Assembly (NCBI GenBank): GCA_028534125.1
Contig: CM052817.1
Span: forward strand, 87,918,001-87,982,000
Length of the DNA: 64,000 bases
Reading direction: 5' to 3'
From: Lama glama
Taxonomy: Eukaryota
Shown in pieces: positions 53,971 through 64,000 of this stretch. The notes under the pieces are model-generated. The model saw only the letters and a program-made list of their open reading frames with translations. It had not been told where the DNA came from and did not search any database. Numbering within the stretch: position 1 is the first letter of the stretch; every line of letters begins with the position of its first letter. Position numbers and translations under genes: made by a program.

Positions 53971-55689
53971 TTGGATTAATATTAACAATATCAGTTATTA
54001 ATATTAATAATAATATTGGGTTAGTATTGGCTTTCTAATCTATTGGGTTAATATTTCATCTTCTGTTGGGTTAATACTTTATATAGTTTCTCATTGCAGC
54101 AATTATTGGTGTGATGACAGTAAACAATGGGCTGTCTTTATATGAAGAGGCACCAGGCTCAGTGTTTAGACAGTTTCTTCACTATTGTGAGGAATTTAGC
54201 ATGCTTATTTTTCTGAGAAGCTATATTTAGTTATTTCTAAATTAAGATGGTATTTTATTTTTTGTGAACTTATCTATAATGAAATTACCTTTGTGGTAAA
54301 ATAGAATGGAATTCCATAAATGTTTAGAGAATGGCAAGAAACCAATTACAATTCCCTGTGAATGGAAAATTGAACTTACACTTTCATGAAACTGTCTGTT
54401 GAAAATAAATCCATTAATAGAGTAATACTTGAGTTTCATGACAAGCTTTCATCACTTTCACTGAATAGAATTAGGCTAACATAAAATATTATGGGAATGT
54501 TGACTAATTGAATTAAAAGATCTAAAATAAAAACTGCCAGCAAATATTTTTCTTTGATAAGGACTAATAGTAATCTTTACTATTAATCATATAATTCTGC
54601 CTTGTATTAGTTTTGGTAGTTATAGTAGTAAAGCCAAGCATCTGTGATTCTACCATTTAGTAATCTTGCAGTCTCTCCATTCTTGTAGCCTGGTCACACA
54701 GGGAATGCAATGCAATGAATGTGGACTCGGGCCCTGCCATGTGACCCAGGAATTCTTCCTATTTCCAAAAATAATATAAGACCTCCTTTTTTAAATGGTG
54801 GTTTCTAAACTGTTTTGTGGAATCTTTTGTTAATGCCTTCTTTATTTTTGGAGCACATATCTCAAGATATGTAACCATCCTCTGAGCTTCCTATCTCCTT
54901 CTATAAGTAGAATGATGTTGGAAAGGTAGAGGAAATTAACCTTGATCAGTGGCATGATGATTTTTTAAGTATTTATTTTTTCATTTTTTTAATTTGTCAA
55001 CATATCAATTCCTTCTAACTTAAGTAATTGAAGTTCTAGTAGAATATGTATTCCATGATATACAGCAGCAAATTAAGAGAAACATAAGTGCATAGTTCTA
55101 AACATATAATAATATATGACTTTTTTTTTCCTGAGTTGATTTTATCACAATATTTAACACTATGTAGCAAAGCAATGACTAAGTGCTTTGTGGGAAGAGA
55201 ATAACAATTTATCTGTAAATGAAGGTGGAGAAAGTAAACTTATATAAGTGCACACTTGCAAATAAAATCTTCTTAAGAAATCAGTACTTATAAATATTCT
55301 CTACTAAGTGATGTAATTGCCAACATTTTCAGGGATTTTATATCATACCGTGTGCCATCCTGTATTTTACTAATACCCACACAAAGCATACACACATATA
55401 TACAAAAATTATAACTTTAAATATGTAATACATATATTTATCAGTATTCAATGTCAAGATTACTCAAGTTAAACTTAATATTATTATATGAGATTCATGT
55501 AATTTAAAGTAGAAGTATAATTTTTCTATGATGTGGATTTATTTATTTGCATCTGGTTTGTTAAAATGGAAATACAAAACAAGAGTAAATCTTCAACACC
55601 AATGTAGTCTTTCTCTCTTAGTAAAGGTTAAAAATCCTTAGTGTATGCTGAAGTTAGAAATTGGTAGAATATATGAAGTTTTAGTGTAG

Positions 55690-55835
55690 AAACCTTGTCT
55701 TAGTTCTAAGTTAATCTTTATCTCCAGATTCTTTTGTGACAGTGGGTGACTTGCTTAGCCTTTTAAGCTTAATTTTTACATTTATAAAATCAGACAGCCT
55801 AGGGTAGCTTCCTTGTAATATCCTTCTAATGTTTA
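55690..55835 (+). mobile_element. MIR (MIR3/MIRc-like) fragment
   Basis: TTGTGACAGTGGGTGACTTGCTTAGCCTTTTAAGCTTAATTTTTACATTTATAAAAT. Confidence 0.55.
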
Positions 55836-55859
55836 CAGATTATTTAAAATAACAGGATA

Positions 55860-56055
55860 ATAATAATAGTAATAGTAATAATAGTTATAATTTCTACAGT
55901 CTCATCCTATATCAGGCACTAGCTAAGAATCAGCATGTATGACTTAAGTTACAGCTCAAATCAATTCTATGATGTGAGTAATATTATCATCTCTACTTCA
56001 CAGGTCAGGAAACTAAGGAACAATGAGGTCCAAAGTTACACATTTAGTAACTATT
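55860..56055 (-). mobile_element. MIR (MIRb-like)
   Basis: CTATATCAGGCACTAGCTAAG..ATTATCATCTCTACTTCACAGGTCAGGAAACTAAGG..CCAAAGTTACACATTTAGTAA. Confidence 0.75.
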
Positions 56056-57167
56056 AAACCAAAAAGCAGTGATTGATAAAAAGCAGAAACTTTTCAAAAT
56101 GTCTTCAACTTTATCAATCCTTATATTCTAAAATCTAAAATATGCATGAATACACACACATTCACTTCAAATATGCATTTTGTCATATAAACATATACAC
56201 ACTTGTAAATTATATCTATAGTAAAATTTTCCAAGTTATTGAGCTTAATAGCAATGAGTATTTTCAAAAATATTAAATTTAAATATTTAATATAAAATAA
56301 AATTAAAAATTTTAAATGTTGCATTTCTTAAATGTTTTCTAACTAAAGAGAGAACCTCAAAATTACTGACTATATATAGTAAATAAAGCAACTTCATTTT
56401 ATTACCATTACTTTCAATAACTTATGTGATTTAAGACCTTTTCTGACCTTTGAACTAAGCTATGAAGTATTTTAAGATAACTGCATTTTTAAGATAATAA
56501 GTTAAGGCTTTACCAGTGACTTCCTGTTTCATATACTTAAAGCCCAATGAATTTCAGACAACTATAGTAATTTTTAATTTTGAACGAAGGTGAATGATAA
56601 TTTACTAAAAGATTTCTATTGATGCAAATTTGCTAATGGTCTCACCATTAAGCAAAACTGTGAGTTTTGCCAGAATTTTCAGTCTTCCACCATATTTTAA
56701 AAATAGAATTTTCATCACAAATTTTCCATGATTATTTTAATAACTATGAAGAATAGTAAGGCTCTTCATTTCAAAACTCTTTAGAAATACCATTTAAAAA
56801 AAATTATATGCAAGCAAAAACAAAGAAAACTAACAAAAATCCACCTAAAAATTTCACCATTACAGGCTTATATTCTTTAGATGCATAATAGAGACTTTTA
56901 TTCTTGTACATTTAGATTTGCTTAGATTCTCTGATTTACAAAAGTAAGATTTAGATAATTGCCTTTTCTAAAAAGAATATTTTCCCCCAAAATGAAATGT
57001 TTTTCTGAATACCAAAGCTTAAATAATTTATAGTTAATTAAAACATTATAATTTGAAATTCTAAGCAAATTTGCAATTAGCATTTGTAATTAGCGATTAT
57101 AATTAGCATTTAGAATAATTCAATATCATACATTAATATTTAAATCTTGACATCGGTCTAGGTATAG

Positions 57168-57262
57168 ATATATAAGCTCTCTAAAGACAGGATTGTTTTT
57201 TACCTCTGTTGTATCCTTCTAGACAACAATCAATATCCTTTTGAGTAATAAACGAATGAATA
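57168..57262 (+). mobile_element. L2 3' terminal fragment
   Basis: TATAAGCTCTCTAAAGACAGGATTG..TGTATCC..GAATGAAT. Confidence 0.55.
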
Positions 57263-58219
57263 CCATCCATAACTTTGTATTAAACATAATTCTTTCTGTC
57301 AGTAAAATTGTTTTACTGCAAAATTAAATAAATGGACTTATTGTAAACATAGACATATCTATACCTTTCCCAATGTCTACATATACTTCTTTTATCTCTA
57401 TACCTACACCTGTTTCCTGTATCTGTTTCTATTCCTGTACCTACCAAAAGTCTTCAACTTTTCCAACCATATTGTTTGCTTTCTTGGTTTCTGTATCCCC
57501 AGTGGTAATACATACATGTCTGTTCAATGGTAAATGAACGCATATAGATGAAATTACTTGATTCCTAATTTCTATTAAACTTCACAATCAAATTTTCCAA
57601 TCTTCCAGAAAACTGTGGAGGTGAAACCCAAAGACCTGTCTTGAATTAGGTTCTATCTGAGGCTTGTCTCGCAATACAGTTGTCAGATGATTTGCTATAT
57701 GATGGATTTAATGATCCACTTACTTTTTGGAGCAGGTAGGGAGGCTTATTTCCTTCCCTTAAAACTTCTGTCCTTGAAGAGGGAGCTCTGTTATTGCAGT
57801 TTTTTCCGTTTTTATTCCCTTTACATGCCCACGCTATAATGTTGCTGGAGTGGTTTTGCTAACTAGGGATTTAGAAGAGACAACAGCATCTGGACTGTAG
57901 CCGTTTGTTCTCTTCTCTCTTTTGGTAGCTCACTGCTCTTTGTTCCTCTTTGCCCCTTCATGCCTCAAATTTTTCAGCCATAAACACTGAAACTGTAGCA
58001 GAGACCTCTCTCCTAATGCATCGCTGGCTATAAGAAGGTAGAAGTCTGTCTCATTCCCAGTTTCAGGTTTTAGAACCCTAATTGCTTCAGATATGAGCCA
58101 CAGTCTCCAGTATCAATTTGTTCCCCAATAAAGACACACTTTCATTTCTACTACACCTTGGATCTCTGCCTAATTTCTCAAGTAATCCAGCTCTTGGGCA
58201 AGGAATGAAAGCGATGTTA

Positions 58220-58405
58220 AGGCAACAACAATTTTAGCTAGAACACACGTGCCAGTCACTGTTGTAAACATTATATATAAATTCAGGGCATCACACATCA
58301 CCCTCATCAGTTAGATGCTGTTATTTGCTCTAAGACCTCAGAGCTAGTAAGTGGTGATGATTTGTTTCAAACCCAACAGTCTGGCTCCAAACTTTACCAC
58401 ACCAT
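58220..58405 (-). mobile_element. MIR fragment
   Basis: GTGCCAGTCACTGTTGTAAACA..AGAGCTAGTAAGTGG..TTCAAACCCAACAGTCTGGCTCCA. Confidence 0.7.
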
Positions 58406-60841
58406 TTATTAGACCCCTAAATCCTCCTTTCCAAAGATAATTTCAAAGACAAAAAAACTCACAACATTTTCATTTTGAATCAACCCAACTTTGATTTTGT
58501 TTTCCATCTCACAAAACTTAAGGAAAATGAAGTCAATTCTAAAGTCAATAAAACTGATTTGACTGTTTCTCTCTTTGTCAAAATTGTAACATATGTTTGC
58601 TGTTTTCTGTTGAATTTATCAATTTCTTGACATCAATATATCAAGCTCTTAAGAATTTAATTTATGAGTATATATGTATTTAAATAATTATGCTTTCCAT
58701 AAATATTTTTGAATTAATACAATGATTGAATAGTGAACATTATTAAAATTTCTATGTGTTGAATACATTTTAAAAAACAACAAACATTAAATACATCTAA
58801 TAATAGTAACCAAAGTAAATGGATTAAATTTAAAAGTAATTAATTAAGAAGTACACCGAAAGTAAATGAATTTTTAAAATTGACTGCATATGTATTATGT
58901 ATGTACTCATACACACTAATGGGGAATTGAAAAAAACACACTATAAAAAAATTAAACCTGAGCAAAGCAAAATCAAGAATAATAATAGCAATTTGAGTAT
59001 AGAGGAACTAAAATTATAGATATCATATAGCAGCTATATATGAAGTTTATAGAAATGATGTCCAAAGAAGAATTAATGATAATTATTTGCTAACTAACTA
59101 TGAAATATAAAGCTGATATATAAGACAATGGTCATTTCTGCAGCACACAGAACACAGGCACTACGGAAAAGGTATATAACAACCATAGCTAAGAAATATT
59201 AAATTAATGGTCAGTAATTCAATAATTTGCTTTCAGTTGTGATAATTTTAATAATTTATTCCATTCCCAATCATTCCACCAAGTTTCCTTAATATCCAGA
59301 AGACATCCATTATTAAAACATTGCCTTAACTTCTTCTCATCCCGCAAGGCAGAGACTGACACATTGTAACACTGAATTGAGAGGGTGCCAACTGCTAGCA
59401 CCTTTAACAGGATGGCACAGGAGCCTGCCCTCAAAGTGCCACATAAGATCAAGACACATTCCTCTCTGACTTGCCAGTGCTCAAATTATCATAGGCAGGC
59501 TCATATTTACTGTTCTTTATATACTGCTGCTATTTCATACTATCTAAAGTTTGATTTTAGATATTTTATATTATCTTCTATTGTGACTACAAGTCATAAA
59601 ATTGAGTATTTTCAGCTTATCAATATGTATGTTGCCAAGAATAAGAATGATACAGCAAATAGATTCAGTAGTATCTCCAGGTTCCCAAGTACCATACTGT
59701 AAATACATGTTATGTTACAAAGGAACTTCAATTAATTTTCCAAAAATTGTATCTGTAAATATAATATACCAAACACAATATGTTTAAGTCCAAACTACAT
59801 TTCCAATTTTATCATCTTTCCTTATTGCATAGTTGCATAGTCAGAGAATACATTAAACAAAAGTATGGGAGAAAGGCATTTTTCAATTGTCTTTGTGACT
59901 TTCTAGTTACAATTTCTATTCCATAAAACATTCTTGTAAAGATTGAAAGCAGTTGTAATGAAATTTAGAAGGCACATACTTTTCCTATCCTTTTGCATGG
60001 CTAGATTTCATAACTTTTCACAAATGACCAATTAAAAATTTTATATAGACAACAGGATGAAAAAATATATTTATTGCTTTAATTTCAGTTAAAATTTATC
60101 TTCTAAGTAAAACACTCCTAAAAGACACACTGTTTTGATCTTATTGAATTATATGCATTTAAATGCAGACTTTGACTAGCAGCCAAGGCTGTGTGGGAAA
60201 TCTTTCCACTAAAAAATAAACAGGAGACTGAAAGCTCAGTCAGCTACAGTAGTGTTTTGTTTTGTTTTGTTTTGTTTTTTTCTCTGGGGTGAGATTTTAA
60301 TAATACTTTTCAGTATATTGACTTTCAGATAATAATGATTTTATTTCATAGTGTTAACACAATGGAGTAAAAAGAAGACGGGTAAGAAATTTTTTTAAAA
60401 ATTGGCAGAATCAAAACACCTAAGTTATTTAGCCTCAGAACTTCTATTTAATTTTGTTGGATTTTCCCCCTCTGAACAATGTAAATCATTCTCCAAATGA
60501 GAATGTTCTCTTTTTTTCTTCTTCTATCATTATAGTTTATTTTAATCCAGCTGTTCATGTCTTCCTGTGGGACAAGCAATAACCTACAATTAAATGCAGG
60601 TGCTTTGAGAACAGAATACCCCTGTTCTTCCTAATGACTTGAAGTAAATACAAAGAAAGGAGAAAAAAGTGAAACCTAAATGTACTGCCTGCTTAGTAAA
60701 AAATGAGATCTTTCCCCAGGCATGAAAATGATGGTCTGCTTTCTATTAAGGATGTGATTCCCTTGAACATGTGAAATGGTTCTTTTTAATTTGTTTTCTA
60801 AGCAGAAAATTAAACAACTGAAATGGGAAAGTATACTAAAT

Positions 60842-60986
60842 CAAAAGAAAAAAAAGAAAGGAAGAAAGAAAGAAAAGGAAAAAGGAAGGAGAGAGAGGGG
60901 ATGGGAAGAAGAGAGAGGGGAGAAGGGATTGGGAGAAGAAAGAAGGAAGAAAGAAAAAAGAGAAGAAAAGAGGAAAAGAAAAAAAG
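60842..60986. repeat. Polypurine (GA-rich) low-complexity tract
   Basis: Direct reading; explains the K/E/R-rich ORF 60776..61027. Confidence 0.9.
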
Positions 60987-62799
60987 ATGCTGGCATCTAT
61001 AAAAATAATTGGGTCAAAATATTATAACCTCTAAAATGTAAAACAGAACTGCTCTCATACTACCTTAAAAACAAACAGAAGAGTTCTTCTGTTCTTACAC
61101 AGTATTTTGTAGATTGAGAAGCTGAAAATATTATATGCCAATTATTGTCTATTATAATAAAAATATTTCCACTTTTGTATTTCATTTTTACTCATCTATA
61201 TACAAGCAGTGGATGAATATGACTTATTTATGTTCACTCACAACATGTATCTACATTGAACATACTTTTATAATTACCCAAGTAGATAACTTAACACATA
61301 CTCTTGAAACATCAACTTAAAAAAAAGTCAACCTAAACTACATTTTTAATTTCCTCAAAAATCTGTTATTTATATATTCAGAATAATCATCAAGTGAATC
61401 AATAAAATTAAGTTCACAAAACAAAATGTCACATGGGAATTTGCTTTTGACAGAAAACAACCAAACATAACACATACAAAGATAGGGAAAATAAAGAATT
61501 GTAAAATACCATGGCCTTGCTTGTACAACTTAGCTTTATTATTGCCTAAACCTAGAGTTAAGACAGTGTTAAATGGGATTTCTTAGCACTATGCTCATTA
61601 AGAATCCGTAAATCTGCTTGTGTGTTGATGGGTACTGGATAATATAGATCATTGCTGATGTATACAGGTTTTGAATAGTTCTTAAAAATGGTGAATCAAT
61701 TTGTTGTAAGCAGTTATGCAATGGAAGTCAACTTTAAGACTCTGAAATTATACATCGTTCCCCTCTCCTTTTTCTGATTTCACTCTTAAATCCAGAAACT
61801 TTCCAAACATGTTCTCTGGTATGTTATGTATTGTCAACCACAGCAGATTTGTTTTTATTTGTTAGGTATAGTGGTTTCAAATAGGATCTTATTTGATAAA
61901 AGGCATTATGCTACTAGCTAACAAAATATGAAAGCCATTGCTTTTAATACATCTGAGATTAATTTTGGCAAGTAGTATGGTAACATAATGAAACAATTTT
62001 TCCCAACATTAGGAAAAGAGATCTCACCTTCTCTTACTAAATTATCCTTCCCCAATTCCATATATTATGATCTGTGTCTAAACTCAATATTCTGTTCTAT
62101 TAATTTCCTTGCCTACTTTTATAGTATTGTGTGTCATCTATATTGTTAGAATTTTGATATTTGGAGGTAAAAGGCCAACATTATTACTCTTCTATATCAA
62201 TTATTGTCTTGCACATATGTTTTTTCTTCCCAGTAAACTGAGAATCACACAGATTCCAAAAAGAGTTTCTATTCTATTAATTTAGACAAATTATATTGTA
62301 CCATATTTTTCTTTTCTATAAAGAGGAAGATTTGTTTTTCTAATTATTAAAATTTCTTTAATTTTCACAGTACTCTTTTATAAATCTTTTAAACCAAGAG
62401 GTAGAATGTAGTGATAGTCAAAAACTTAGAAGTAGCCATCAGACTAATATAAATTGAAATAGTGATTCTGCTATCTGAATGTGTGACTTTGAAAAATTAC
62501 CCAAATTTATTTTAAATACTTTTGTATTTAAATACTGAAATACTTCAAATTTTGCATAGTTATATTTTTTCAAATTAATATTTATCAATACATCATAATT
62601 TCTACATAGGAAAGAATTTGTGTTAATATAAATTCAGAAATGAGTATACTTGCCCTAGGAAAACTAGATCATTTTTCTGATCTGATTACTATTACATTCT
62701 AGTATTATCAGGATCTAATAATACTGTGATAAAGCCCAGGTAACAGATACAATTAAAGAAAGAAACAGACAAGGGTATTTGAAATTGTTAATCAGAGAT

Positions 62800-64000
62800 G
62801 TCTTGTGCAGACCATTGTACCACTCACATTTCCTTGTACCTTCATTATTACTGTCTCTAATACTTGAAGAAGGAACACATTGTGTGTGAACAGGATGCTC
62901 TTATTTCTTCTCTGAGGGGGAAGGTACAATCCATCAGAGTCCTCATGAAGGTCGTATCTTTAAGAAACAAGCTACAGTCCTGTTGCTGCAATTGCTCTTA
63001 TAGCTGAAAATTTTTCACCATCTCCCTTCTCCATTACATATTCTAGATTTCTCTTACCCTTGGGCAGCTCTTGGGGTCAGTCAGCTGTATTTATATGGTG
63101 AGATGATTACTATGGTCTGAATGTTTTGTTCCCCCGAAATTCATGTTGAAACCTAATGGGTAGTGAGATGGTTTTGGAGGTGGGGACTTTAGGAGGTGAT
63201 TCAGTTCTGAGGATAGAGTCTTTATGAGCAGAATTAATGCTCTTATAACAGAGACCCTGGAGAACTGCCTTGCTCCTTCAACCATGTGAGAACACAGTGA
63301 AAAGATATCATCTATGAACTAGGAGGTGGGCCCTCATTAGACACCACATCTGCTGGTTCCTTGATCTTGGACTTTCCAGTCACCAGAATTGTGACAAATA
63401 AACATCTATTGTGTATAAGCTATAAAATCTCTATCATTCTATTATAGCTGTGTTAATGGGCTAAGTCAGGGACTCGCAGATTCATGCTCCAGGCATCTGA
63501 GTCTTAATTGTTTTGCCTTTCTTGTCACAAATGTTACTCTGTAATCACAGGAAGTATACACACCACATCAACAGATGCCAAGTAAATGCCGTAGGTTCCA
63601 GATACTTTTCTTCCTGTAGCAGTTGTATAGTGGCAATTAGAACTTCTCATGATAATCAGGACCTATTACCACTGGCAGCAAATTAACTCCTTCCTTTGCC
63701 TTCTGGTCCATAGCTAGACAAGCAGTGTAAAATGACCAGTGGGGAGTCGCAGTTTCAGTTCCATGGGATGCTTGCTGTGTTGCCTAGTGGAAATAACTCC
63801 TTTCTGCTCCTCGTGCTAGGACCTTTAATCCAGTTTTGGGGATGGGATGAATAATTTATTATCACACATGTAGACTGCTAGTAATGATGGTGAGAGGAGC
63901 CATTGTTATTTTCACCATTTCTTCTGATCCCATGTATTTTAGCTGTTAAGTGTACAGGACGACAGAGTGGAATATGGCTTAATTCATTGAATTGAAGATG
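62800..64000 (-). mobile_element. ERVL internal remnant (dUTPase and downstream region), interrupted by MLT1A, running off the window end
   Basis: Minus-strand translation of 63590-63790 gives PLGNTASIP / MELKLRLPTGHFTLLV / MDQKAKEGVNLLPVVIGPDYHEKF*LPLYN..WN. This matches the ERVL dUTPase pattern as recalled (KLRLPPGHFGLL..QQAKKGVTVLAGVIDPDYQ..LLLHN..WN). Left boundary approximate. Confidence 0.8.
63108..63468 (+). mobile_element. MLT1A-like MaLR solo LTR nested in the ERVL internal sequence
   Basis: TACTATGGTCTGAATGTTTTGTTCCCCCGAAATTCATGTTGAAACCTAAT..CCATGTGAGAACACAG..CCTTGATCTTGGACTTTCCAG..AATAAA..CTAAGTCA. Confidence 0.92.

Noticed and set aside
53838..54078. Short spaced repeats as a CRISPR-like array
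   Set aside because: Mammalian context, 12-bp degenerate units, and irregular non-unique spacers. Better explained as L1 junction iteration.
60776..61027. K/E/R-rich 83-aa ORF
   Set aside because: Translation of a GA-rich low-complexity tract.
23158..64000. Idea that the + strand ERVL gag (24 kb) and - strand dUTPase (63 kb) are one provirus split by an inversion
   Set aside because: No breakpoint evidence. Independent ERVL insertions are common and are the simpler explanation.

Overview
An AT-rich, CpG-depleted, repeat-dense stretch of placental-mammal genomic DNA, either intergenic or deep intron. I see no convincing host protein-coding gene, RNA gene, CpG island or prokaryotic feature. 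The provided ORFs are LINE-1 remnants or chance ORFs. Main content: (1) a full-length but inactivated ~7.1 kb LINE-1 (11581-18645, +) with an intact 11-bp target-site duplication (TSD); (2) three 5'-truncated younger L1s on the - strand; (3) a ~5.9 kb ancient L1MC-like copy and other old L1 debris; (4) ERVL remnants: an LTR33-like LTR plus gag at ~22.7-24.2 kb, and a dUTPase region at the right end; (5) MLT1 and MLT2 LTRs, a MER8-like DNA transposon, and MIR and L2 fragments. The young L1 3' ends and the apparent lack of Alu, B1, BovB, Bov-tA or PRE1 SINEs suggest a camelid; this is an inference from recalled consensus sequences. The most unusual signal is a set of local templated-copy events. 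Two independent copies of nearby sequence (74 bp and ~105 bp) sit inside dinucleotide microsatellites. An L1 5' junction/TSD is iterated several times. Two short duplications lie inside the full-length L1. These look like DNA-repair scars rather than a new gene system. Repeat subfamily names come from my memory of consensus sequences and need RepeatMasker/Dfam confirmation.
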